DNA of 52,431 nucleotides from an uncultured Coriobacteriaceae bacterium (GCA_964558235.1 CAZLCK010000005.1:1-52431); one strand, 5' to 3'; positions 1-9,776 are shown, counted from the first letter of the stretch. Translations and numbers: made by a program. The notes: generated by a model not told the origin, from the letters alone.

Positions 1-122
1 CAATAGACACAACTATGCCATATCTTTTAGCTTTCCTATTACTTATCTGTGGAGGTTTAATAAGTACAGCTATCGCAATACGAAGAGCACGTCATAAGAT
101 GAACAAACTACATAAGAGTTAA
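1..122 (+). CDS. 3' end of an upstream gene. The tail is a C-terminal hydrophobic helix plus a basic end, which resembles a sortase-type sorting signal or a membrane anchor.
   Basis: Reading the frame with codons starting at position 3 gives IDTTMPYLLAFLLLICGGLISTAIAIRRARHKMNKLHKS, with a TAA stop at 120-122. Any LPXTG motif would lie upstream of the window. Confidence 0.5.
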   Translation, partial: IDTTMPYLLAFLLLICGGLISTAIAIRRARHKMNKLHKS

Positions 123-203
123 GAGTTCGCTAGAAGAAATCGCATGTAGAGATTGAAGTCAAAAGATAGATAAGGGTAAACCAGTAAGGTTTAAATCGAG
201 AAA

Positions 204-269
204 GGGCGGGGAGATCCTCCAATGTCATCGGCTTAAGTTAATGACATTGGGCGATCCCCGCCCTTTTTT
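204..269 (+). terminator. Rho-independent terminator of the upstream gene
   Basis: A two-part hairpin pairs 204-212 with 255-263 (GGGCGGGGA/TCCCCGCCC) and 219-228 with 241-250. It is followed by T6 at 264-269. Confidence 0.85.
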
Positions 270-356
270 GCTGCTGTAATACTGTGAACAATTCGATCTT
301 CTTACCGCTTACCGGTAAAGAAATCAAAAATATAGATACGCCCGGTGGCGTGGTAT

Positions 357-385
357 TTGACTTGCCCCGGTCACGATGGTAATCT
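357..385 (+). promoter_or_regulatory. Candidate sigma-70-type promoter for the str operon
   Basis: TTGACT (357-362), a 17-nt spacer, then TAATCT (380-385). This would give a leader of about 105 nt before rpsL. Confidence 0.5.
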
Positions 386-497
386 TATTCGCTGTGACTT
401 AATGCAAGCGAGGGATTACTGTCTTTATTTTGCATCTAATTTCTCGATGTTTGTGTTTTTAATAAGAAAAGTTTTGAGTAAAAAGAAGGAGTAAGGT

Positions 498-869
498 TTG
501 CCCACGATAAATCAGCTGGTTCGCAAGGGCCGCGTGAAGACCTACAACAAAAAGAAGAATCTAGCTTTGCAAGCATGTCCACAAAAACGTGGAGTTTGCA
601 CAAGAGTTTTTACAACAACACCAAAAAAGCCTAATTCGGCTCTTCGTAAAGTTGCTCGTGTGAGACTTGTTACTGGCCAAGAGGTTACAGTTTACATCCC
701 AGGTGTGGGACATAATCTCCAAGAGCACTCGATGGTCTTGATTCGTGGTGGTCGTGTTCGCGACCTACCTGGTGTTCGTTATAAGGTTATCCGTGCTGCA
801 CTAGATTGTGCTGCTGTTAACGATAGAAAAAAGGCACGTTCTCGCTATGGTGCAAAAAAGCCTAAATAG
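498..869 (+). CDS. rpsL: 30S ribosomal protein S12
   Basis: 123 aa with a TTG start after AAGGAG. Contains PTINQL and the [14 protein letters not shown] signature. Confidence 0.97.
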   Translation: MPTINQLVRKGRVKTYNKKKNLALQACPQKRGVCTRVFTTTPKKPNSALRKVARVRLVTGQEVTVYIPGVGHNLQEHSMVLIRGGRVRDLPGVRYKVIRAALDCAAVNDRKKARSRYGAKKPK

Positions 870-988
870 TTTTAGCGAGCATGTAAGCTAAAAGATTTTA
901 GTAGCTTTACGTACAAACACTAGCGATTTACAACAAGCAATTCGCATTAGCAAATGTTTTTATAAACAATTAGTAAGGGGATAAATAG

Positions 989-1459
989 ATGCCGCGTCGT
1001 GCTGCTGCTGTCCGCAGAGAGATTATGCCGGATGGCGTTTATAACAACAGACTGGTAACACAGCTCATTAACAAGGTTTTGCTTCACGGCAAGAAGTCAA
1101 AGGCAGAGGCAATTGTTTATGGTGCTTTTGATCTAGTTGAACAAAAGACAGGAAACGACCCACTCTCTGTCTTTAAAAAGGCAATGGAGAATGTTCGTCC
1201 AACACTTGAAGTTAAACCAAAGCGTGTTGGTGGTGCTACATACCAAGTTCCTATGGAGGTCAACTCCCGTCGTGCTACCACACTAGCAATTCGTTGGATT
1301 GTTGACTTTTCGCGCAAGCGTAAGGAAAAGACGATGATCGAGCGCCTAGCAGCGGAGATCATCGATGCATCAAATGGTCAGGGAGCCTCAGTCAAGCGTC
1401 GCGAGGATCTCTACAAGATGGCCGAGTCTAATAGGGCTTTCTCACACTATCGTTGGTAG
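989..1459 (+). CDS. rpsG: 30S ribosomal protein S7
   Basis: 156 aa. Starts MPRR and contains GKKS, a typical S7 sequence ending in HYRW. Confidence 0.97.
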   Translation: MPRRAAAVRREIMPDGVYNNRLVTQLINKVLLHGKKSKAEAIVYGAFDLVEQKTGNDPLSVFKKAMENVRPTLEVKPKRVGGATYQVPMEVNSRRATTLAIRWIVDFSRKRKEKTMIERLAAEIIDASNGQGASVKRREDLYKMAESNRAFSHYRW

Positions 1460-1479
1460 GAAGTGGATAAAGAGTAAAT

Positions 1480-3567
1480 ATGTCAAAAGTTAATTTAAAT
1501 GTAACTAGAAATATCGGCATCATGGCTCATATTGATGCTGGTAAGACTACAACTACCGAGCGCATTCTTTACTACACCGGAAAGACTCACAAGATTGGTG
1601 AGGTTCATGATGGCGCTGCAACGATGGACTGGATGGAACAAGAGCAGGAGAGAGGTATTACGATCACCTCTGCTGCTACAACATGTTTCTGGAAGGATCA
1701 TCGTATTCAGATCATTGACACCCCAGGCCATGTCGACTTTACCTCTGAAGTAGAGAGGTCTCTTCGTGTTTTGGATGGCGCTGTAACAGTTTTGGATGCT
1801 GTCTCTGGTGTTCAGCCACAAACTGAGACAGTTTGGCGTCAAGCTATCCGTTATGGTGTTCCTATTATCGTCTACGTCAACAAGATGGATAGAGTTGGTG
1901 CTGACTTCTTCCACGCTGTGGAGACGATCTCCGATAGGCTTAATGCTAATCCAGTTGTTATGCAACTTCCTATTGGAGCTGAGGATCACTTTGAAGGTTT
2001 AGTCGACGTCTTGGATATGACAGCATGGCATTTCAATGAAGATGAAAAGGGCATGATCTATCCAAGCCAAGGTGAGATTCCGGCTGAGTATCTTGAGGAT
2101 GCAGAGATGTATCATGAGCAACTCACCGAAGCAGCAGCTGATTTTGATGATGAAGTTATGATGCTAGTTCTAGAGGGAGAAGATGTTCCTGTAGATATGC
2201 TGAAGACTGCGATCAGAAAGGGTTGCTGTGCTGGTAAGCTGACCCCTTGCATCTGCGGTTCTTCTTACAAGAACAAGGGTATCCAAGAGCTACTCGATGC
2301 AATCGTTGATTACTTACCTTCTCCATATGATGTTAAATCGATCGTCGGAACCGATCCTAAGACCGATAAAGAGATCGAGCGCCATGCAGATCCTAAGGAG
2401 CCATTCAGTGCTTTGGCCTTTAAGATCATGGCTGATCCATATGTTGGTAAGCTTACATATATAAGAGTTTATTCTGGAGTCTTAAACGTTGGCTCTTATG
2501 TTTACAATGCTTCTAAAGATAAAAAAGAGCGCATCAGTCGTCTTCTTCAGATGCACTCAAATTCAAGAGAAGATATTGAGCAGTGTCAAGCAGGCGATAT
2601 CTGTGCTGTCGTCGGTTTAAAAAATACTCAGACTGGCGATACTCTTAGCGATGAAGGACATCCAGTAATTCTAGAGTCGATTGATTTTCCTGATCCTGTT
2701 ATTGACGTTGCTATTGAGCCTAAGACTAAAGCTGAGCAGGATAAGCTAACAGTTGCTTTGGCAAAGCTGGCCGAAGAGGATCCGACATTTAGAGTTTCTA
2801 CAAATAATGAGACTGGTCAGACGATCATCGCTGGTATGGGCGAGCTACATCTTGAGATCATTATCGATCGTTTGATGCGTGAGTTTAAGGTTGAAGCTAA
2901 TGTTGGTAAGCCGCAAGTTGCTTATCGTGAAACTGCTGGACATTCTGTAGAGGACGTCACAGGAAAGTTCATGCGTCAGTCTGGTGGTCGTGGACAATAT
3001 GGACATGTTGTTATCGACATGGAGCCACAGACGCCAGGCAAGGGCTATGAGTTTGTTAATGCTATTGTTGGTGGTGCGATTCCTAAGGAATACATACCTT
3101 CTGTTGATAAGGGAATCCAGGAGGCTCTTGAGAGCGGCGTTATGGCTGGATTTCCAACTGTTGATATCAAGGTCACTTTAAAAGACGGTTCATATCACGA
3201 GGTCGACTCCTCAGAGGCCGCCTTTAAGATCGCTGGTTCAATGGCTATTAAAGAGGCACTTCGTAAATCTGATCCTATCTTGCTAGAGCCATACATGGCT
3301 GTTGAGGTCGAGACTCCAGCAGATTATATGGGTGATGTTATGGGTAGTCTCTCCTCAAAGCGTGGACAAATACAGGGTATGGATGATCGTGCAAATGCCA
3401 AGGTTGTTAAGGCAAATGTTCCTCTCTCTGAGATGTTTGGTTATGCAACCGACCTTAGATCATTTACTCAAGGACGTGCATCTTTCACGATGCAATTCAA
3501 GTCCTATGAGCCTGTACCAAAAAATATTGCAGATGAGATAGTTGCAAAGAATTCTTCTGCACAGTAG
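1480..3567 (+). CDS. fusA: Elongation factor G
   Basis: 695 aa. G1 motif AHIDAGKTT and DTPGHVDF are present, and the length and domain order fit EF-G. Confidence 0.97.
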   Translation: MSKVNLNVTRNIGIMAHIDAGKTTTTERILYYTGKTHKIGEVHDGAATMDWMEQEQERGITITSAATTCFWKDHRIQIIDTPGHVDFTSEVERSLRVLDGAVTVLDAVSGVQPQTETVWRQAIRYGVPIIVYVNKMDRVGADFFHAVETISDRLNANPVVMQLPIGAEDHFEGLVDVLDMTAWHFNEDEKGMIYPSQGEIPAEYLEDAEMYHEQLTEAAADFDDEVMMLVLEGEDVPVDMLKTAIRKGCCAGKLTPCICGSSYKNKGIQELLDAIVDYLPSPYDVKSIVGTDPKTDKEIERHADPKEPFSALAFKIMADPYVGKLTYIRVYSGVLNVGSYVYNASKDKKERISRLLQMHSNSREDIEQCQAGDICAVVGLKNTQTGDTLSDEGHPVILESIDFPDPVIDVAIEPKTKAEQDKLTVALAKLAEEDPTFRVSTNNETGQTIIAGMGELHLEIIIDRLMREFKVEANVGKPQVAYRETAGHSVEDVTGKFMRQSGGRGQYGHVVIDMEPQTPGKGYEFVNAIVGGAIPKEYIPSVDKGIQEALESGVMAGFPTVDIKVTLKDGSYHEVDSSEAAFKIAGSMAIKEALRKSDPILLEPYMAVEVETPADYMGDVMGSLSSKRGQIQGMDDRANAKVVKANVPLSEMFGYATDLRSFTQGRASFTMQFKSYEPVPKNIADEIVAKNSSAQ

Positions 3568-3649
3568 GTATTGCGTAAGAGAAATTAGAATTTTTCTGGA
3601 CGATATTCAAGGTAAAAATCGCTCCGGTGAATTATGGAGGTAGTTTAAG

Positions 3650-3958
3650 TTGGCAACCCAAAAGATTAGGATTCGGCTCAAAGGATACGATCATGAGATC
3701 GTTGATAAGTCGACTCAGCTCATAGTTGAGACTGCGATTAAGACCGGCGCTAAAGTTTCTGGTCCTATTCCTCTACCGACTGAGCGTAATATCTACTGCG
3801 TTATTCGTTCACCACACGTTAACAAAGACAGTAGAGAAGAGTTTGAGATGCGCACTCATAAGCGTCTTATTGACATTCTTGAGCCAACTCCATCAACTGT
3901 TGATTCAATGATGCGTCTTGATCTTCCAGCTGGTGTAGATATCGAGATCAAGCTATAA
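3650..3958 (+). CDS. rpsJ: 30S ribosomal protein S10
   Basis: 102 aa with a TTG start after GGAGG. Contains [12 protein letters not shown]. Confidence 0.96.
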   Translation: MATQKIRIRLKGYDHEIVDKSTQLIVETAIKTGAKVSGPIPLPTERNIYCVIRSPHVNKDSREEFEMRTHKRLIDILEPTPSTVDSMMRLDLPAGVDIEIKL

Positions 3959-3973
3959 AAATTAGCTTTTACC

Positions 3974-4010
3974 GTAGAGGACTTATCCAATATAAGGATG
4001 GGTCTTTTAC
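3974..4010 (+). promoter_or_regulatory. Long imperfect hairpin in the rpsJ-rplC spacer, possibly an r-protein leader element
   Basis: Positions 3974-3988 pair with 3996-4010 over 15 positions, including 4 G-U pairs, around a 7-nt loop. No T-tract follows. A second hairpin pairs 4042-4046 with 4053-4057. Confidence 0.4.
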
Positions 4011-4100
4011 GCTAAGCATATAGGGGTGGTCCTCTGAGGGAGGCACAAAAGGGTGCCGAAATACAAGGGCTCATGACCACATGGAAGCAAGGAAATAGAT

Positions 4101-4721
4101 ATGGCGAATATGATTTTGGGTCGAAAGCTTGGGATGACTCAGGTCTTTGATGACGAGGATAGAGTAGTTCCTGTAACCGTTATCGAAGCCGGACCATGTG
4201 TTGTCTCTCAGATTAAGACCAAACAGACCGATGGCTATGAGGCAATCCAGATTGGATTTGGCGATATCCGCGAGAAGCTTGTTAACAAGCCATTGGCTGG
4301 CCACTTCGCAAAGGCTGGAGTAAAGCCAATGCGCTATCTTCGCGAGGTTAGGGTAGATGACGCATCTGCTCATGAGCTTGGCGAGGTTATTACAGTAGAT
4401 ATCTTTAGCGAGACCGAGAAAGTCAATGTGACTGGTACATCGAAGGGTAAAGGTTTTGCTGGAGTTATCAAACGCCATGGTTTTGGTGGAGGTCCTGGTG
4501 GACATGGTTCTCACTTCCATCGTGCTCCAGGTTCTATTGGACAATGCGCTTATCCTTCGCGTGTTTTTAAAGGCGTTAGAATGGCAGGTCATATGGGTGA
4601 CGAGCGAGTTACTGTTCGCAATTTAAAGGTCGTCCGTGTTGACTCAGAGCATAATGTATTACTAGTTAAGGGCGCAGTTCCAGGCGCGAACAATGGTTTG
4701 GTGATGATCCGCGAGGCATAA
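4101..4721 (+). CDS. rplC: 50S ribosomal protein L3
   Basis: 206 aa. Contains [12 protein letters not shown] and the [13 protein letters not shown] motif. Confidence 0.97.
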   Translation: MANMILGRKLGMTQVFDDEDRVVPVTVIEAGPCVVSQIKTKQTDGYEAIQIGFGDIREKLVNKPLAGHFAKAGVKPMRYLREVRVDDASAHELGEVITVDIFSETEKVNVTGTSKGKGFAGVIKRHGFGGGPGGHGSHFHRAPGSIGQCAYPSRVFKGVRMAGHMGDERVTVRNLKVVRVDSEHNVLLVKGAVPGANNGLVMIREA

Positions 4722-4770
4722 ATTTGTCTTAAAAGCTAGGATCTACTAAAGCCAAAAGGAGCGAAAATCA

Positions 4771-5394
4771 ATGGCAAAAATTGATATTTATAACCAGGAG
4801 GGCAAGAAGATCGATGACGTTACTCTCTCTGAGAACGTCTTTGGTATCGAGCCTAATGTTCATGTAATGCATGAAGTTTGTCGTGCCTATCTTGCATCTT
4901 TGCGTCAGGGCACTCATCAAACAAAGACCCGCGGCAAGGTCCGTGGTGGTGGCAGCAAGCCATGGCGTCAAAAGGGAACTGGGCGTGCAAGACAGGGTAC
5001 AATTCGTGCGCCTCAATGGAGAGGTGGAGGAACTGTCTTTGGGCCACATCCTCGCAGTTATGATTTCAAAGTTCCTCGCAAGGTTGTAAAGCTTGCTATG
5101 AGATCTGCACTCTCTGCAAAGTATATTGATGATGAGATTCGTGTTGTTGACTCTTTGGAATTTGAGAATCCTCGCACTAAAGATGCGGTTAAGTTTCTAA
5201 AGGCAATGAATATCGAAGGTAAGACTACTTTGGTTATTGACGATGAGGATTACAACACCTATCTATCATTTAGAAACATCCCAGGTCTTAAGATTATTGG
5301 TATGAGACAATCCAATACTTATGATTTGATTAATAACAAGAACTTGATTTTTACATTGTCAGCTGTCAAGTACATCGAGGAGGTGCTCGCCTAA
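4771..5394 (+). CDS. rplD: 50S ribosomal protein L4
   Basis: 207 aa. Contains GGGSKPWRQKGTGRARQG, and AAAGGAG lies upstream. Confidence 0.97.
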   Translation: MAKIDIYNQEGKKIDDVTLSENVFGIEPNVHVMHEVCRAYLASLRQGTHQTKTRGKVRGGGSKPWRQKGTGRARQGTIRAPQWRGGGTVFGPHPRSYDFKVPRKVVKLAMRSALSAKYIDDEIRVVDSLEFENPRTKDAVKFLKAMNIEGKTTLVIDDEDYNTYLSFRNIPGLKIIGMRQSNTYDLINNKNLIFTLSAVKYIEEVLA

Positions 5395-5684
5395 TGAATA
5401 AGGATCCCCGTGAGGTGATCATTCGCCCAATTATTACTGAGCGTTCATTTGATCAAATCGAAAACGAAAATCGTTACACCTTCGAGGTGGCGAAGACCTC
5501 CAACAAGATCGAGATTGCTAATGCAATACATGAGATCTTTGATGTACGTGTAGTCTCTGTCAAAACAATGAATGTTAAATCAAAGCCAAAGCGTGTCAGA
5601 TACGCTCTTGGTAGGACAAGAACTTGGAAAAAAGCAATCGTTAAGCTTGCTGAGGGCGATACAATCGACCTCTATTCCAACTAA
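5394..5684 (+). CDS. rplW: 50S ribosomal protein L23
   Basis: 96 aa. The start overlaps the rplD stop (TAATG). The IIRPIITE..Y.F.V pattern is present. Confidence 0.95.
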   Translation: MNKDPREVIIRPIITERSFDQIENENRYTFEVAKTSNKIEIANAIHEIFDVRVVSVKTMNVKSKPKRVRYALGRTRTWKKAIVKLAEGDTIDLYSN

Positions 5685-5702
5685 GGTAAATAAGTAGAAT
5701 TG

Positions 5703-5736
5703 CCTGGCCGGCCTAAAACTACCGGTCAGGTTTTTT
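5703..5736 (+). terminator. Intrinsic terminator or attenuator inside the S10 operon, between rplW and rplB
   Basis: A 9-bp GC-rich stem pairs CCTGGCCGG (5703-5711) with CCGGTCAGG (5722-5730), including one G-U pair. The loop is 10 nt and T6 follows at 5731-5736. Confidence 0.7.
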
Positions 5737-5904
5737 ATCTGCCTTGATGAGCTTAAGGTAAGGTAAAGTCTTGATCTGTTGTGCGTGTGATATGGATACG
5801 CACGGAGCCGTGGTAGTTCGGAGTCAGAGGTGTCCAAGACTAAAAAGTAGTCGAGAAACTCCCATGGACACTTTGGGCCATCGAATACTAACTAAGGAGA
5901 TGAT

Positions 5905-6735
5905 ATGGGAGTCAAGCAATATAAGCCGACTTCACCGGGACGTCGTTTTCAGTCTGTCTCTGATTTTGCTGAGATCACCAGATCTAAGCCCGAGAAGTCT
6001 CTAGTTACTGCTTTGCCAAAGAAAGCTGGGCGTAACAACAATGGCCGCATTACCTGTAGACATAAAGGTGGCGGACATAAAAGACAATACAGAGTTATTG
6101 ATTTTAAGCGTAATAAAGATGGTGTACCTGCAAAGGTTGCTACTATTGAGTACGATCCGAATCGTTCTTCAAGAATTGCGCTATTGCACTATGCAGATGG
6201 TGCTAAGGCATATATCCTTCATCCAAAGGGTCTAAAAGTTGGAGATGTTGTTACTAGTGGTACTGGTTCTGATATCAAGCCAGGATGCGCTTTAGCACTT
6301 GCTGATATCCCAGTTGGTACTCTAGTTCATGCCGTTGAACTTCAGCCTGGTAGAGGAGCTGCGATGGCACGCTCTGCTGGAACCTCTGTTCAGCTAATGG
6401 GTAAAGAAGGAAAGTATGCAATACTTCGTCTTCCATCCTCAGAGATGAGACGTGTTCTTCTAACTTGTAGAGCTACTGTTGGTGAGGTTGGAAATGCTGA
6501 GCATTCCAACATCAAGGTTGGTAAGGCCGGTAGATCTCGTTGGGCTGGTATCCGTCCAACCGTTCGCGGTACTGTCATGAACCCAGTCGATCACCCGCAC
6601 GGTGGTGGTGAGGGCAAGAACAAATCTGCTGGACGTCATCCTGTTACACCTTGGGGTAAGCCAACCAAGGGTCATCGTACCAGAAATAAGAAGAAGGCAT
6701 CTTCGAAGCTTATCATCCGTCGTCGCAATAAATAA
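5905..6735 (+). CDS. rplB: 50S ribosomal protein L2
   Basis: 276 aa. Contains KPTSPGRR and [12 protein letters not shown], and AAGGAG lies upstream. Confidence 0.97.
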   Translation: MGVKQYKPTSPGRRFQSVSDFAEITRSKPEKSLVTALPKKAGRNNNGRITCRHKGGGHKRQYRVIDFKRNKDGVPAKVATIEYDPNRSSRIALLHYADGAKAYILHPKGLKVGDVVTSGTGSDIKPGCALALADIPVGTLVHAVELQPGRGAAMARSAGTSVQLMGKEGKYAILRLPSSEMRRVLLTCRATVGEVGNAEHSNIKVGKAGRSRWAGIRPTVRGTVMNPVDHPHGGGEGKNKSAGRHPVTPWGKPTKGHRTRNKKKASSKLIIRRRNK

Positions 6736-6771
6736 TTAGGCGAATATCACTATAAGAATTGGAGAACAATA

Positions 6772-7038
6772 GTGAGCAGAAGTTTAAAGAAAGGACCTTA
6801 TGTGGAGCCAAGGCTTCTTAGCCGTATCTCTGCTATGAATGAGTCTGGAACCAAGGATGTCGTAAAGACCTGGTCTCGTTCTTCAACCATCTTCCCAGAG
6901 ATGGTAGGTCACACCATCGCTGTTCATGATGGTAGAAAGCATGTTCCTGTATATGTTACAGAGTCCATGGTTGGTCATAAGCTTGGAGAGTTCGCTCCTA
7001 CTAGAACCTATCGTGGATATAAGAAGGAGGGCAAGTAG
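6772..7038 (+). CDS. rpsS: 30S ribosomal protein S19
   Basis: 88 aa with a GTG start. Contains [10 protein letters not shown] and [11 protein letters not shown]. Confidence 0.96.
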   Translation: MSRSLKKGPYVEPRLLSRISAMNESGTKDVVKTWSRSSTIFPEMVGHTIAVHDGRKHVPVYVTESMVGHKLGEFAPTRTYRGYKKEGK

Positions 7039-7377
7039 ATGGAGGCATATGCAATCGCTCGCTACATCAGAATCTCTCCTCGCAAGGTTAGAAGTGTTGT
7101 CGACCTTATCAGGGGCAAAGATGTTGAGGCTGCACGCGAGATTCTAGCATTTTGCGATCGTGATGCTGCTGAGCCAGTTCTTAAATGTCTAAACAGCGCT
7201 GTTTCCAATGCTGCTCAGGCTGGAATCCCTACGGCTGGACTCTACGTTAAGACCACTTATGTGGATGAGGGACCAACGATGAAAAGGATTCGCCCTCGCG
7301 CAAGAGGAAGTGCCTCTAGAATCCGTAAGCGTTCTAGTCATATTACGGTCAAAGTCGCTCCGAGAGGGGAGGAGTAA
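7039..7377 (+). CDS. rplV: 50S ribosomal protein L22
   Basis: 112 aa. Contains RISPRKVR and sits at the expected operon position. Confidence 0.95.
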   Translation: MEAYAIARYIRISPRKVRSVVDLIRGKDVEAAREILAFCDRDAAEPVLKCLNSAVSNAAQAGIPTAGLYVKTTYVDEGPTMKRIRPRARGSASRIRKRSSHITVKVAPRGEE

Positions 7378-7380
7378 TCG

Positions 7381-8082
7381 ATGGGACAAAAGGTTTGCCC
7401 TGTTGGATTCCGTATCGGGATCACAGAGGAGTGGCGCAGCCGTTGGTATGCCGACAAGGACTACGCTAAGACTCTAGCAAACGATCTTGAGATCAAGAAA
7501 TATTTGCAAAAGCGCCTTGATCGTGCAGCGGTTTCTTCAATTGAGATTGAACGTGCTGGTGAGAAGGTCAAGGTTATTATCACAACCGCTCGTCCAGGTA
7601 TCGTTATTGGTAAAAAAGGTGCTGAGATAGAGCAACTAAGAAAAGAACTTATCGAAATTGTTGGCATCCATGTTGATATTGATGTTATCGAGGTTAAAAG
7701 ACCTGAGCTAGATGCTACTTTAATTGCACAGTCAATCGCTGAGCAGCTCGAAGGTCGTGTGGCATTCCGTCGCGCAATGCGCAAGGCTGTTCAGACTGCG
7801 ACTAAGTCTGGAGCTTTAGGAATTAAAGTTCAGTGTTCTGGACGTCTTGGTGGAGCAGAGATGTGTCGTCGTGAGTGGTATAGAGAGGGTCGTGTTCCTC
7901 TGCATACTCTTCGTGCAAAGATTGACTATGGCTTTGCGATTGCTTCTACCACAATGGGTTCAATCGGAGTAAAGGTTTGGGTCTATCATGGCGAAAAACT
8001 TCCTGGTATGCAGACTCCTAAGCCTGCACTTGAAGGCCCAACACGTCCGCAACGCCATCGTCGCGGCGAAGGAAGGAAGTAA
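7381..8082 (+). CDS. rpsC: 30S ribosomal protein S3
   Basis: 233 aa. Contains [11 protein letters not shown] and a KH-like GIVIGKKG motif. Confidence 0.97.
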   Translation: MGQKVCPVGFRIGITEEWRSRWYADKDYAKTLANDLEIKKYLQKRLDRAAVSSIEIERAGEKVKVIITTARPGIVIGKKGAEIEQLRKELIEIVGIHVDIDVIEVKRPELDATLIAQSIAEQLEGRVAFRRAMRKAVQTATKSGALGIKVQCSGRLGGAEMCRREWYREGRVPLHTLRAKIDYGFAIASTTMGSIGVKVWVYHGEKLPGMQTPKPALEGPTRPQRHRRGEGRK

Positions 8083-8085
8083 TCA

Positions 8086-8505
8086 ATGCTTATCCCTAAA
8101 CGTGTCAAGCATCGTAAGGTGCAACGTGGTTCCATGAAGGGTAAAGCCAAGGGTGGAACCAAGCTAAATTATGGCGATTTTGGAATTCAAGCTCTTGAGC
8201 CACATTGGATTACCAATAGGCAAATCGAGGCTGCTCGTGTTGCTATGACTCGTCAAATGAGACGTGGTGGTAAGGTTTGGATTACTATCTTTCCCGACAA
8301 ACCCATCACAAAGAAGCCTGCAGAGACCCGTATGGGTTCTGGTAAAGGTAATCCTGAGGAGTGGGTGGCTGTTGTTAAGCCTGGCAGAATCATGTTTGAG
8401 GTTGGACAAATTGACCCAGCAACTGCCAAAAGGGCTTTAGAACTCGCTATCCAAAAGCTCCCAATCAAGTGCAAGATCGTCAGCCGTGAGGACATGGGTG
8501 ATTAA
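8086..8505 (+). CDS. rplP: 50S ribosomal protein L16
   Basis: 139 aa. Contains [11 protein letters not shown] and RMGSGKG. Confidence 0.97.
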   Translation: MLIPKRVKHRKVQRGSMKGKAKGGTKLNYGDFGIQALEPHWITNRQIEAARVAMTRQMRRGGKVWITIFPDKPITKKPAETRMGSGKGNPEEWVAVVKPGRIMFEVGQIDPATAKRALELAIQKLPIKCKIVSREDMGD

Positions 8506-8705
8506 TGATGAAGGCATCTGAAATAAGGGAACTTTCCAGTGAGGATCTAAACAAAGCTCTTAAAGATTCACGTGCTGAACTCTTTAATCTTCGTTTTCAA
8601 ATGGCTACGAGCCAGCTGGATAATACTGCCCGTATAAAAATGGTTAAAAAAGATATTGCACGAGTTTTGACTGAGATTCGTGCACGCGAGATCAAGACCG
8701 CGTAA
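8505..8705 (+). CDS. rpmC: 50S ribosomal protein L29
   Basis: 66 aa. The sequence LF.LRFQ.A.GQL-like pattern is present and the start overlaps the rplP stop. Confidence 0.93.
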   Translation: MMKASEIRELSSEDLNKALKDSRAELFNLRFQMATSQLDNTARIKMVKKDIARVLTEIRAREIKTA

Positions 8706-8752
8706 AGAGACGTACAAAAGTTGCTTTTCGTAAAAAGGAGTTAGTTTAGTTG

Positions 8753-9013
8753 ATGAGCGAAAACAGAAATAATAGAAAGGTCCGTCAGGGCGTTGTGGTC
8801 TCCGCGGTCAACGACAAGACTATTGTTGTTATGGTTCAGGAACGCAAGCCTCATAGGGTCTATTCAAAGATGGTTAACAGCACTAATAAGTTTCATGCTC
8901 ATGACGAGAACAATGAAGCAAGTGTTGGTGATACTGTCTCTATCATGGAGACTCGTCCCCTCTCCAAAAATAAGAGGTGGCGCTTGGTCGAGATTATCGA
9001 GAAGGCCAAGTAA
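8753..9013 (+). CDS. rpsQ: 30S ribosomal protein S17
   Basis: 86 aa from the ATG. An in-frame TTG at 8750 is also possible. AAGGAG lies at 8735-8740. Contains RK...G.V.S and ETRPLSK.KRW. Confidence 0.94.
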   Translation: MSENRNNRKVRQGVVVSAVNDKTIVVMVQERKPHRVYSKMVNSTNKFHAHDENNEASVGDTVSIMETRPLSKNKRWRLVEIIEKAK

Positions 9014-9076
9014 TCTAGTCGGTTAAATGGAAGCTTAATTAGTTTAAGTGTTTAGAGAAGCATTTGGAGGATTTCG

Positions 9077-9445
9077 ATGATTCAGCAACAGACCATGCTG
9101 GCCGTCGCCGACAACTCGGGTGCTAGGAAGGTGCAGTGCATCAAGGTTCTAGGCGGATCTAAGAGACGCTATGCAGGCCTTGGAGATATTATTGTATGTT
9201 CTGTTAAAGAGGCTACACCAAATGGCGGTGTCAAAAAGGGCGATGTTGTTCGTTGCGTTATCGTGAGAGTTAAAAAGGAAGTTAGGCGTAAAGACGGCAG
9301 CTATATAAAATTCGATCAGAATGCTGCTGTTGTTATTGACCAATCTGGTGCTCCACGTGGTACGCGTATTTTTGGCCCAGTCGCACGCGAACTTCGTGAG
9401 AAGAAATTCATGAAGATCTGCTCTCTTGCCCCTGAGACACTTTAG
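9077..9445 (+). CDS. rplN: 50S ribosomal protein L14
   Basis: 122 aa. Contains [15 protein letters not shown]. Confidence 0.97.
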   Translation: MIQQQTMLAVADNSGARKVQCIKVLGGSKRRYAGLGDIIVCSVKEATPNGGVKKGDVVRCVIVRVKKEVRRKDGSYIKFDQNAAVVIDQSGAPRGTRIFGPVARELREKKFMKICSLAPETL

Positions 9446-9461
9446 AAGGGAATTGTCAAAA

Positions 9462-9776
9462 ATGGCTATGAAAATTCGTAAGGGAGATCGCGTAAAGGTA
9501 ATCGCAGGTAAGGATAAGGGTGCCGAGTCCGAGGTTATGAGGTCTCTTCCTAAAGAGCATAAGGTTGTAGTTGAGAAGGTCGCTATCGCTAAGAAGCATC
9601 AAAGGCCTACTCAGGCAAATCAATCTGGCGGCATTTTAGAGATTGAAATGCCGATAGATGTTTCTAACGTCATGCTTATTTGCCCAAAGTGCAGCAAGCC
9701 GACAAGAGTTGGAGCTAATTTTGTTGATGGCAAGAAGGTTAGAGCTTGTAAGCGCTGTGGCGAAAATATTGACTAA
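9462..9776 (+). CDS. rplX: 50S ribosomal protein L24, a form carrying CxxC...CxxC
   Basis: I trimmed the ORF-track start from 9426 to the ATG at 9462, which lies after GAAGGG and after the rplN stop. The protein reads MAMKIRKGDRVKVIAGKDKG. The C-terminal part has CPKC and CKRC. Confidence 0.93.
   Translation: MAMKIRKGDRVKVIAGKDKGAESEVMRSLPKEHKVVVEKVAIAKKHQRPTQANQSGGILEIEMPIDVSNVMLICPKCSKPTRVGANFVDGKKVRACKRCGENID

Noticed and set aside
1495-1989. Long antisense and off-frame ORFs from the six-frame track that lie inside well-supported genes. Examples are 1495-1989(-), 4071-4592(-), 7461-7784(-), 9896-10255(-), 25958-26317(-) and 32048-32509(-).
   Set aside because: Each lies entirely within, or mostly opposite, a gene with clear family signatures. 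Their translations are low-complexity, with no RBS and no recognisable motifs. They are shadow ORFs.
5771-6004. A 77-aa ORF with a TTG start that spans the rplW-rplB spacer and runs into rplB.
   Set aside because: It overlaps rplB out of frame, has no RBS and has Cys/Arg-rich nonsense composition. The region is better explained as structured RNA.
9426-9461. N-terminal extensions in the ORF-track coordinates of rplX (9426), rplE (9810), rplF (11064), adk (14609), the yerC-like gene (21676), the membrane protein (34203) and dapF (41936).
   Set aside because: The extensions overlap upstream genes or spacers, lack an RBS, and add residues not seen at the N-termini of these families. In each case an internal ATG or GTG with a Shine-Dalgarno sequence gives the canonical N-terminus.
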